A stretch of DNA of 64,000 nucleotides, taken from NCBI GenBank assembly GCA_001742925.1, contig DF977789.1:186001-250000 (forward strand), read 5' to 3'. Shown one piece after another: positions 52,301-64,000 of this stretch; positions within the stretch are counted from its first letter, which is position 1, and every line of letters starts with the position of its first letter. The position numbers were made by a program, and so were the translations under genes. The notes beneath the pieces are model-generated. The model was given only the letters and a program-made list of their open reading frames with translations. It made no database searches and was not told where the DNA came from. Source of the DNA: Cladosiphon okamuranus. Taxonomy: Eukaryota.

Positions 52301-55300
52301 CCAAAGATGATGATATACAACCTCAAGGCGAAGCTCGGAGTCACTCCTAACTTCAGCGGAATGCACGAGTCCACCGCAAACACGTCCCTCGTGTATCATG
52401 CAGGTGAATGAACAGGCGTGCTTTTGCAACTGTACCGTATCCTGCAACCGACGCGGCAGCTTTTTCCCATGCCATGGAGACTTTTCCGTGGGCGCTTATC
52501 GGTACTTTCTGTGGTGGTGGTGGTTGCGGGGATGTTGTTGTGTGTCGTTCTGTGGCGTAGTTGGGATAATGATGTTGAAGTCGACCCACCTCCACCTACC
52601 GTGACATTTAGCCCGCCTTCAATGCACTCACTTCTTTGCCGCTGGGTCCAGTCAAGCGAACGCTCACCGGTATTGTCCTTGTTAATTGTCGCCCGGGATA
52701 AATAATAGTGAATTGATACCCGACCTTCCCTACCCTGGCCTGGAAGGGGGATGACTGCATGATGCATGGAGGGTCCACGGTAAATATGCTCTCTCTCTTT
52801 CTCTCTCTTTCTCTCTCCTCTCTCTCTCTCTTTGTGTCTCTCTGACAAACACACACACACGCAAAACACAAGACAGTCGGGGTAGGTTGCTGAAACAGTT
52901 GCCTGCACCCAGTGTTCCTTGATATGCACGTAAGCCTCAACCAAGTCAATCGTAATTCGACTCTCGAACGACTAACTAACCCCCAACGAAATTATAGGAC
53001 GCCTGTTGGCGCTCTCCGAGGGGGGGCTTCCGTACGCCCTGCGCGTCATGTGCGAAGGAGTCATCGAGACAATCGGAAAGCTGTCGTTCGAAGGAAAGAT
53101 GGACACGGCCTTTACGGCCCACCCCAAGCTGCACGTCTCTTCGGGAAAGCTCTATGGATTCGGCTACTCGGTGAGGGTGGACATATTGTGTTCATTGTTC
53201 ATAAAACTAAGAACCATAGCTACCCTTCGTTTGGAGTAGGATACCTTGACGATCCGGTTCGGACACCGCTCAAAGAGGGGGAAATTTATTTTTCACCGCA
53301 AGTGGACTGCAGAGCGGGCTTGAGGCGTGCAATAATGATGGCATGGGGTGAAACCAAACAATCCGTCGGTGTACAGGGCTACCCGTGATTCCACAGCAGG
53401 GAACATACGGACGGACGAGCATCGAGAGTGCCATGCAGAAGAAATCGCGAGGAAAGTTGTTGTCCTACACCATCCGCGGGAAATTCAACCAGAGTGCCTA
53501 ACACAAAAGAATGTTGTGCCTGCCAAGCGTCCTAGAATCTTTGATGTACATGGGCACTCCATCCTTGTTCAGCAGGGCATGCGTACGTTAAGCTGTGCTA
53601 TGCTTCGCTGTCACGTTTGATTTTTCTTCTCTGCGTACCAGCTGGAGAGCAAGCCGTACGTGACGATGTACGTGGTGGACGCAGAGGGCAAGCTCGAGCG
53701 ACAGGTAAAAGAAAAAGAAAAAGGAAAAGAAACCAGAAAGCAATCCAAACCGGAACTGTGACCTACTACGTGCGATGCCACCGTTAATGTTTTCCTCATG
53801 CGTTAGTGTCTTGCCCAGGAGTGATTCAAGTGTGAATACTTGGTCCTCACTTTGTTGATTGTTGCTTCTGTCCTCCAATTAGTATCTATATTTGCTTGTC
53901 AAGTTCACCCGGTAATAAATGAAGCTGTTCCGACGTTACTTTGTGTCCTACAGCCCCTACAGGTTCGTCAGTGTTGGACACGATATGACATGCTCGGTCG
54001 TGCGTCTGTTCCCCTCTTCACGTACAATGCCACCGGTGTCTTCGAAGCTCATCTCATCGCTCGGCTTGTCTAAAGTTTATTTCTCGACGATGTTTATCGG
54101 GACATGAGAATTGTGTGTGACGACTGCATTTGAATGAATGTATGCCTTCGCACGCCCTGAAAGGTTTCCGCCCTGGCTTGAATGCTCTCATTTGTCTTGT
54201 TCGATCCAAGTTTCCCATCAACGTGGAGAGGGGCACCATCATGCACGACTTCGCCATCACGGAGAAATACGCCATATTCCTCGACCTACCGCTGGTGATG
54301 AAGCCGGAAAACTTTTCGAAAGGCAAATTCCCCATCGTCTACGACGATAAGTTGTACGCCAGGTGCGACGTGATGTGATGTGACAATGGCTAAACAGCTG
54401 CTGCAGCTCGAGCTCCTAGGCACATCTCTAAATACTGCACATCAATGCCAATGATGCCGTTTTTTGTGTCTTTTTTCCCCGTCTCATCTGCTCAAGGCCC
54501 CCACGCCACTCCCTGGCGCGTGTTTGAATCCGATTTAATCGAGCATGACGTGAAAAAGCTACGGCGTTGGCGTTGGTGTTGCTGACCCTTACACTGACCC
54601 TGCGGTATCTGTCTAGGCGTAGACGCGAAAGACCGCTCTTCTAACATCGTTGCACTGCTGTACCACCCCCCCCGGCGTTATCACATTCCCCCTTATTGTC
54701 GGTTGTGGTTATCACGTTCTAACAGGATGGGAGTCCTGCCCCTCGACGCCACTGACGATTCGTCTATCCGCTGGTTTGACATGCCAGAGGCAAGGAAAAA
54801 TTTTGGATGATATGCTTACATCGCGTTGCTTGGTTTTTCATGCAGGCGTTGTTTCTTTTTTGTGTTCCAACACCCGTGGCAAAGACTACCCAACAGGTTT
54901 TTGTTTACCTCTTCGTCGTGTTAGAATTTTGCCCGCCATATCTGTTGTGCTCGGTCGTATCGTCGCTGACCACTGTTTTCCAACTTTTCTGCGCTCAAGA
55001 GCAGGCATTCTTTGCCTTCCACGTACTCAACGCGTGGGAGGAAGAGGTGGAGGTGGAAGGGGAGGGAAACACGAACAGGGTGCTCAAGATCGTAACCTGC
55101 GACCTGTTCGAATTCGACTTAGACCCAAACGAGCTTATCAACCAAAAGGAACAGCCACCGGGTGTGTGCCTTAGTTAGTAATCAGGTCCCCCCAAGGTCA
55201 CGCCACGTGTTACGTTTTGTTTCGATCTTTGCTGGGACATTCTGAGAATAAGCTAAAGCGTGCACATTTGCCCGCACAACGTGGTAATGATGAACCCGAC

Positions 55301-57261
55301 GAACAGACCATCTCTTGTGGGAATTTTGCAGATTTTCGCTCTCTCCTATTTATCTTGTTTTCCATCCTTGGTCCACTGCGCCGATGATCAGACGACGGCA
55401 CCTGCTGCGACCGATTGCCGTGATGGGCAGCAATACCATATCATATCATAGAGAGTCAGTCTCCTTGGCCTCTCTCGTGCCGGTGTCTTTTTTTGGCAAG
55501 GTTTCAACAAATCAACAGTTAGTCCCTAACTTCGAGGCGTTTGTCCTCCACACCGCTCGTTTCCTTTCACCCTCCACCATGCTTTTAATGTAGTACTTCG
55601 CCCGGCCTCCCCGGCTTTCTGCCTCTCTTTTCCACAGGCCGACTACCCCAGCCGCACACGACCACGCTCAACCTTGACACGGGAAAGGCCACCCGAGCCT
55701 GCATCATCCCGCAGCCCCCGAAAGAAGGTCTTGACTTTCCCCAGCTCCGCAAGACGTTGGTTGGCAAGAAAAACAGGCACGACTTAAACGGTGGAAAATG
55801 CCTCAGTGGTTCTATGGAAAGGGTACGGTAGTGGGGTAATGAAGCGCTATCTCGAGTGGGTGTGCCGCGATATACGAGCCATTTTCATCACCATCAACCA
55901 TCGGAACAAGCACACCGACTCCCACGACAAATTGGCTTATGTTGGGCGGTATGCTGACAGCGACAGAACCTGGCCTTCTTTCCAGCGATCGACAATTAGT
56001 TCCGTATTATTCACCGCGAGAGAACTAGTCTCCGTCGGCGTCGGTGCGCAGGAAGAGAATGGTTTGGATGGAATTCCAAGTAATCAACCTTCCGTCGCAG
56101 CTTGCTGCGTTCCAGCCGGAACTTGCAAGCCTCATAAATCACCCAGGTTCGATTCACTGTTTATCGTCTGATTGACCTTTCCCGCTCCCATCTTACCAGA
56201 TTCGGTTTCTTCGCCGGATTCGACTTGAAGGGACTGCCGACGGCGTTGGTGAAGCTCGACCTTCAGGTGAACGCGAAAGTACAGTTTTTCGTCGGAAAGG
56301 TCTTTGCCACCGTGGCCACCTGATTTCCCGCGCAACATGGTATTTCGCAAGGCGAGGGGATTCTTGGGAAATATATAGAAAACACGCGTTCATAGGAAAC
56401 GACGATCGCCCGTCCACCTCAGCCTGCTCTTTTTTGGGGGCCTTTCGTGTTTTGTGGCGCATCTTTCACGAACTGTCGCCCCCACCACACTACACCACAC
56501 CACACTACACCACACCACACCACAGGCAGCAACCCCGGAGACGACGGAGGTAGGACGTATTGATCTTGGGGACTGGTTGGGTGGGGAATCGATTTTCGTC
56601 CCAAGGCACGGGGGGGAAGAAGAGGAAGACGACGGGTACCTGGTCGGCTACGTCAGTCCCAAGGATTGCAGCGGGAATTCCGGTGAGCGGTTCGATAACG
56701 CTAAGCATGACGACCTGCATCTGCAAGTATTTCTTTTGCAGCACATACCAAACCAGGCCGTGTGCTAGCTCAACTATGCCGGAGCCCGTGGAAGCATCGG
56801 TGAGAGAAACGGCATCAAGCTACGGCATCAAACTACTTTTCATGAACACAAACAAATGTGTGGTCCCACCTTTTTTGTCCTGGCCCGTGTTTGGTGCGCG
56901 CCCAGGGCAACAAATTCTCCTGTATGACGAATGAAACCCAGGGCTCTTCGCATACATGCCACATACCAAACGACGCGAGTTTTTGAAAAGCACGTGCGGC
57001 GGAAGATCAAGGCAAAGTCTGTTTTTTGCCCACCCACGCTCGTCCGACGAACAAACTTGCGTCGTTGCACCCACCCCGCTCCCTCCTTCTCCCCAACACG
57101 GTTACGCCGATGTATGCGTGGCAGAGCTCCGCGTTTGGGATGCCAAGACCATGAACGCTGATCCCGTGGCCACCATCAAATTACCCGCGAGGGTGCCGCT
57201 GGGCTTCCACGCCATCTTCATGGGCGAGGCGGACCTAGCGGCGCAGAAGCCCGCACAGTGA
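49374..57261 (+). CDS. CCD: Carotenoid cleavage oxygenase (CCD/NCED/RPE65 family), copy 2
   Basis: Fourteen exons: 49374-49430, 50476-50636, 51073-51091, 51824-51933, 52270-52403, 52998-53170, 53642-53704, 54211-54362, 54726-54789, 55005-55161, 55638-55776, 56200-56266, 56526-56682, 57125-57261. Same structure and His motifs as copy 1; I saw no stops or frameshifts. Confidence 0.95.
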
Positions 57262-60200
57262 CTGAATGACTGCGACACACCCGAAAAACATAAAGAAAAA
57301 GAGCATGCGCGTAAATTTGCTTTCAGTGGCGGCCTTTCCTCCGCAGCTGCTGTAGGACAGCAGTGTTCTGTAGGGCAGCAATATGTGTTTTGTGGCGAAG
57401 GCGTCGTGGGTGTTTGAGGAATCTTTGCCAGGTGCGAGGAAACTTGAACTTTCTCCGTTAATGCGACGCAACTGGGGCTTCTTAACTATCTGCCGTGTTG
57501 TACAGTATCATATCCACGTTTTCGTAGTCTACTTCTCGGATACGTTATTTGAATTTTCTCGTTTGGAGAGGTCGCGAAAAACTGTATTTCGACCGCTGTC
57601 GTCTTCGGCAACAACCACGAGCTGAGAGAATCTTGCCTCGTTCTTAGGCATCTACATAGAGGAGGGCGGGACTCGCGGGTTAAGAGTCGCCAGCCTTGTC
57701 TGTGTCGTGGGCACAAGCATGCCGTGGCATGCTGTGTCAGCACGATGCAAGCTACGGAGTGTTGAGTGTTCGTTCTCTTCTGCTGTTCGCCACCGCTGGC
57801 AGGAAAAGAAAGGTTGTTGCTTTGCTTAGTGTTTCGGTTTGCCACTTGCATGCTTGTTGCGCCTGGGGATCAGCGTCGAGGCAAAAGTTTTCCTCTTCGC
57901 TTTGTATCAAGAAAATGTTTGGCTTTGCGCTATTCGTGGGCTTGCTTTCCGTGCCACGTACGTGTTGTAGATGATAGATTCTTGGTATTTATCTGGATTG
58001 AGAAGGGGGGGTGATTCTTGACCTGCCAAAGAGTCTAAGCGCAGCGGGTTAGAGGTGCAACATACCACGGAAGCTGTTCGTGCGTGCTCATTTCTGGTCA
58101 GTACAAGGGTCTTCAGACTAGATACTTGTTGCAGAGAGAGAGAGAAAATTATCGTAGTACCGGTGGAGGGAGGGAGAGGTAAAAGGTTAATGGCGGTCGC
58201 GTGAGAAGCATTCGCTCGAGTCTCGGCGTTTAGCGCTACTCCGAAGTGTTTCATCTTGTCGAAAGAATGTGCACATACTGCGCAATGACTACGCAATGGG
58301 AGGCAGACAAAGGAGAGACGAACAGAGGACCCTTCTTCGCCGCGGACAGCAACACTTTGGGTATCATATCTTGCGTCCTTCGAAGTGTGCAGCACACGAG
58401 GAAGATTGCAATCTCTGAATGCAACAGATCGCGGTGCTTCATCGCAATTTGTCGTGACGCCCGCTCGCCTTGCGTTTGATATGATGTTTGGGTTCTACAA
58501 TGTTATAAACTTGTTTTCACGTTCGTTTTTCCTAGGTTTTCATTTTTTTTTTCTGGTGAAATGGGACGGGTTGCCTCGGTTTTGATATCTCCCATCAACT
58601 CGTTTTTTTTTCACTCTCCCTAGGCGTCCGTCAGCCACCAGCATGTACCCCGTGTCCATAAACAAAATGTGACGTTTCATGAGAGAGTGAACCGCGTCTA
58701 GACAGAGGAAAACTCTTCATCAAACACCAGAAGCTCTTATGAAAAACACAAGAACGCCACACGTGGTACTGTATGCCGCACCTGGACCCTTATCCTACGG
58801 GGCTTTCCATTGTCACAAACAAGGTCACACATCCCTGTGAGGTTTCGCACCTACTGGCTAATCGGTTTCTGGATCGTTGTCGAAATTAATGAACGGATTT
58901 AGCCGACATGCGAAATATTTTATGAAGGTGGACACACGTGCTTGTGGTTCTAGTCGGGGGACAAAATGTATGATTCCACTCAAACCCGTGACCACACACG
59001 ATGTTGGGTCGAAGGGACAGCTCTGAGCCCTCTATTTCGAGCAGCCACGCAGCCGTGGACTCAAGGACCTTGGGCGGAAAGAGCAGGTCTCCATGAGATC
59101 CATCACCATCTCGAGTCAACGTGAGAGTGCCTCTCTCCTCAACTAACTCCGCAAACGGGAGATTTTGATTCGACACATTCCAAAAAATTGGCGCCAACAA
59201 AAAAAACAACCACACATCGTCAAACAGCACGTAAGATGAAAGTCAACTTTACGGTGCTTTCATTCATCAAACAAAAAAATGCCTGGCTTGTGCAACAAAC
59301 ATATCGGCCGAATCACGTTTTTACGGCGAAAGCGGCTCACATTCAGCCCACATTCAGCTCCCATTGACACATCCCAAAAAGGGCAGGCTGTTAAGTTGCA
59401 TCCGAGCGTTACCTAAAACTTACTATAATACCCAGATCCCCATCCCCTTAGTAACTAAAATGATAACAAAGAGAGAGACAAAAGACGCTCGTCCGCGATA
59501 ATATACGACACGAAGGGAACACTCTAGTTTCACGAGTCTCGCCCGGGAAAAGAAGAAAGACGAAAAATAGAAGATCTCCCCCTGCCCTACTCTTAGCCGG
59601 AAACAAGCAACGCACGACCTGCAGAGGTACTCACAATGAACACAACCTCCCATCGAGACAGCGCTCTAGATCCCCCCCGAAGGGCTGAAATCAATACCAG
59701 CTACGGGCTCTGCTGAAGCACACACTGCTGCTGTGTCCACCATGACTTGACGAGTGGGAGGAATCCTATGATGCACAAAGAGAGAAAAGGCAGGCCACAC
59801 GTGACTTGCTCGTACTCGTTCGATTTGCGAGCCGACAGCACAGCAACGGCGGTGCGTTTCTCAACTCCTCCGGACACACCCCAACGCACCGGACATGTAC
59901 CAAAAATCAACGAACCAAGCAGACAGACGGCTCTGTCGCTCTTCTCTCTTCCCTCAAACACCCCTGTTCAGTAAATCCGCGAATCGCCCTCAATTGACCC
60001 AATTAACAAAAACACATACTTACGAAGCTCTAGAAAATTAGAAAGATCAATTTCTCTAAAAAGAGAGCCGGTGAAATTAAGACAGACAAAAAACAAGAAT
60101 TCTTGCTACGACAGACCGGGCGGAACGCCCTCTCTCTGCGTACGTACTCCGAAACACAACAAAACAAAACAAGAGAGCACCATGTAGCGTAGGTCGGAAC

Positions 60201-61089
60201 CACGACGATGCTTGACAGAGCTCGCTCGCAGACATCGCAAACAGCTGACAACAACATTCCGGCCAAGTGGTCGAGAGGGAAATTTAGCAAATCTGTTCAC
60301 AGTTGCGTGCAAGAAACCGACATGATCGGTAAGCGCGTTACAAGCCAACTCGTGAAGAAATCACAACTGCAATTCGTATAGCAGCCGGCCAAAACACAAA
60401 ATCTCTCCTTGGTACGTCAGGTGTCTTTGGCATTGCAAGGCTGACCACCCCTCTGCGTCGCACGTGTCCCGCTTTGACAAGCATGAAAAAAGGTTATCCG
60501 CAACGGAACTAACTCGTCCCAGTCGTTCTCCTCGAGCTACTTCCATGCTGCAAACCCTCAAAAAAGATAGGTGGACCCCACACCCCCTACGTCAAGCAGA
60601 GACATACGCAGTCAGATTAAACACAACAACGTCGAAAAAACACATCTTCGCCCTATCTGGCCAGTCACCGGTGCACATCTCAAGACACATGACATGACAC
60701 GAAAACCCGCAAAACATCATTCACAAACACAACTTCAAAATATCAGTCTCGTTCCTGTCCGCTCACCTACTATGCTATGTAGGGCGAGCAAGCGCCATCT
60801 CGAAGCACAAGAGAAAAACAGGAAAGGAAGCCAAGTGGCACCAAAAGTGCCGTCCTGCTGGTTCTCCACCACCTTTCCTCTCGCGCTCCCGCTCTCTCTA
60901 TCCCGCTCGCGTCAGTCTCGGAACGGGTACACATCCGACCTAGCTAGACAACGAAGGCCTGGAGAAGAGAGTATCAAATCCACCCTCACCGGGCGGAGCA
61001 CTCACTGCTCGACTCCCAAAGCCAAAGTATCCCTCTGAGCCAAAACATTTGAATTCAGGGCGTGCGCGGCGACCGGCCGCTATAGAAGG

Positions 61090-63618
61090 TTAGTTGGCCC
61101 TCCCCCCCTGGCGCTTGAATGGCTTCACTTGCCTGCTCCAATTAAGGCAGCGAAGGACAAAATTGTTGATGTGCGTAGAGCCGAACGAAACGACGAGGAG
61201 GACGAAACACACATCATGGGGCGGGGCGCAGGGGAGGTGGAGAACTGATTCATTGCTGCTTTGGTCAAATCAAATGGCTGCATCACAACATAACCGGCGA
61301 CAAAAACATGAGCTTGCTGCCTGCCTACCAGAACTTTTCGTGTCATGAATACTGTATCGTCCAATGTGTTGCTTTGGGCCGTGGAAACTTTTTGGCGGAG
61401 CCAACCTCATGCTGTAAAGTTTGGGGTTTTAGGACTATCCGTGCAACTAACAAGGGTGCCCACAACATGGCTACTTCCGTATGTGCCGTCTTCAATACGG
61501 CACTCAAAGAAGGGCGGGTAAGTACTTGTAGCGTTCAACATTCGCAACCATCGACTCCGAAACGCACCCACCTTGACCGCGATCCCGGCGAATCCCCGCG
61601 ACGGTAGGCATTGCTTGTCGGGATCTTAGCGGCCTGCACCACCTGACCCTTGATCGACACCTTCGCCAGGTCCTCCAGCTGTAGAAACAAACAAGAACAG
61701 GTACGTAGTTATTCTAGATTGTTGCTAGGTGGCTTGGCACCAGAGGGACGCCAAGTGGTGTGCGAAGGGCCATTTATAAGGAACCTCTTTTCCGCCAGGG
61801 TTTCCACAGCTGCTCCATCAAACATCGAACCTACACAACCAAATCTAAGCCTTCGAAAGGGACCACGACAGCTCTTACGCATATCGGCTAAATGCAATTG
61901 TTGCTACCCAGGTGTTCCTGATCTGACGCAGTAGCTGGGAAACCTGGCGAACAAGAATTCGTAAAACCCTTTCCGGATGGCAGCTGGTGAGGCCTTTTCA
62001 GAGAGGTCAAGCGATTAACCCATTATCCAGGCTGTGCATAGCATGCGTCAATGAGGGACGGGCACGTAATGCACTACACACCTCGAATCCAAACATAATA
62101 ACACGTAGTTCACACGAGGCTGACACGGAAAAGTTGGAAATCAATCATTTTTCGCTTGCCTTCGGGAGGAGCAACGACTCCCGCCTCCAAAAGGTAGCAT
62201 CCCCCTCCTTGAAAAGCGGGACGACGTAGTCTTCCGGGAGGTGCTGAATTTTCCCCTTCCCAATGTGCACCCCTGTTTCCATGTGGTTGGTTGCGAAGCT
62301 TTGCTCCTGCTCACCGGAGAGAAAAAAGACAATAGCAGGTTAGGAACGGAACCTTTTCAGTTCAGGAAACAAAACAAGACACAAATCACCTGAAACCATA
62401 ATCTCTCCCACTTTCAATGAGATGGGATGGGATGGGATGGGATGGGATGGGATGGGATGGGACAAACAATTGGCGAACCCATTATCAATGTGCTCAACGC
62501 TCCTCTCCACATCCAAATCACGAAGCAAATCGCCTTACAATACCTGCTTGTATCCCGGGTAGAGGAGGTACCAGTCGTTGTGGTACATGAGAGAAAAGAG
62601 GAACTTCTTCCAGCTCCCGCTCCAGCCGTTGACAAGCACCCCCGGGATGTCCTTGTACTCGTCGTTCACCAGAGCCGCGTGCAGGTGCATCCACACCTCC
62701 GGGAAGTACACCGTGCCCCAGCTGCAGGGCGTCTGGAACATCAGAGAGTTGTAGCCGCCGGCTGCCCGGTTGAAGTCGAGGTGCGCTCGCTGAGCAGTCA
62801 CCTAAGTTGCAGGCAAAGGACGAGAAGCAGGCCGCATGCACGTGGCGCGGTTACAAATTATGGTTGGTAGAGAGCCATCAGTGTACGCCAAAAAGAAACT
62901 AATCAGAAAAAAGATGGCATGCAGACGGCAATCGCGACGCCATGGCAACAGAAAGGCGACCAAAATACATGGAAGAAAAGAAGGAGAAAATCCCCCGCAA
63001 GCCGGACATGATTGACGTGTAAAAAAAACTTTCATCTCCTGTCTTACCTCCTCAATGCGCGGAGTGTAGAGGCTGATGCCCGCCAGCGAGGTCGTGGGCA
63101 TGGTGTTCGCATCCAGGGTGATTGGGTGGGCAGCGTCGGAGCTGTAGCGGTACCGAAGCAAGAGGTGCTTCGACCACGCGTAGAACGCCGGAGACACCTG
63201 TAGATCGACGAGAGAAGAGAAGCGATGAGCAGATGTTCGTTTGAATGGACAGGTGCAATATCTACGGTTGCCAACTTTAGCTAGGCCCGTCCCACCCACC
63301 ACAAAGATGAAATAACCGTGCGTACGCTTCTCGTCCAACGACTCGTTTGTTTCCTTGCCACGTATCTCTTCGCCTTTGACTAGAGCGAGTCGAGTTTCAT
63401 CAAAGACCATGAAGAATGGATGCGCAAGGAGCGATGGACGGGCCCGCCATGGGGAGCCTAGTGTATTGTAGGGTTGAATTTACCTCGATGTCGTCCTCGA
63501 GGAAGATGGCGTAGTCGTGCGGGGTGGTTGGGTGGAACGACTCCGTCACCGCGGAGATGAGTCCACCCCTCTGGATGCGGTGGTGGATGAGCTTAGGGCC
63601 GTATGGCCAGTCCACGCC
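61090..63618 (-). CDS. Glycosyltransferase-like protein (GT-A type, LEDD motif); 5' part lies beyond the window
   Basis: Exons: 63618-63484 (WPYGPK...GGLISAVTESF...IFLEDDIE), 63197-63048 (VSPAFYAW...GISLYTPR), 62801-62544 (QTPCSWGTVYFPEVW...SWKKFL...LYP), 62306-62160 (SFATNHMETGVH), then probably 61678-61572 and 61132-61090. Confidence 0.75.
62420..62462. repeat. (GATGG)n microsatellite in a glycosyltransferase intron
   Basis: Directly visible. Confidence 0.9.
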
Positions 63619-64000
63619 CTGCCGGAGGAAAAAAAATGGGTGACACATTGAAAAGACGAACACGGAATCTTACAAAGAACCTCTCAAGAAAAAGAGCCAG
63701 ACACATTGCTTCGTGAAGACTGTACGCCACTCGTTAGCGGACACATTTCCCTACCTCACCAAGTTTCGGAGAACGGCGGCGGCCATATCGAGCTGGCATG
63801 CTCCCGCGGGTCATGAGAAGTACGCTCGGTATGAGTGCTGTGTATCAACGTGATACTTAGAAGGTGTTAGCAGTCCATCACCGCCAAGCGTAGTTAAAAA
63901 AAGTAGTCTGCTATTTGTGAATAATACAGCCATTCGGCAACGCGGATGCCCGTCGTTGTACCACAGTGGCTACGCACAGGAACCCTTTGATGGAGCTGCT

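Larger units (their letters stand above)
48827..61975. repeat. Tandem segmental duplication, copy 2
   Basis: Colinear direct match to 34447-46070, with several indels. Confidence 0.9.

Noticed and set aside
18408..63618. Methyltransferase, kinase, oxygenases and glycosyltransferase as one biosynthetic gene cluster
   Set aside because: No known pathway links them, an unrelated gene is interspersed, and adjacency alone is weak evidence without co-expression data.

Overview
Intron-rich eukaryotic DNA. The GT-AG introns, GC-rich exons and gene repertoire suggest a brown alga such as Ectocarpus, which is an inference. Genes in order: a large unknown protein (+, 5' end probably outside the window); a long RS/RGG low-complexity protein (-); a stand-alone methyltransferase resembling the C-terminal domain of the ovothiol enzyme OvoA (+); a protein with a SPIRAL1-like C-terminal motif (+); dihydroxyacetone kinase (-); two tandem 14-exon carotenoid cleavage oxygenase genes (+); and a glycosyltransferase-like gene (-) running off the right edge. 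The two oxygenase genes arose from a ~12-13 kb tandem duplication. It also copied the first kinase exon and the last glycosyltransferase exons, leaving orphan fragments at the junction. Between the copies lies a unique ~2.7 kb segment with a decayed, intron-less OTU-like cysteine protease gene. I saw no RNA genes or CRISPR arrays. All gene models were spliced by eye.
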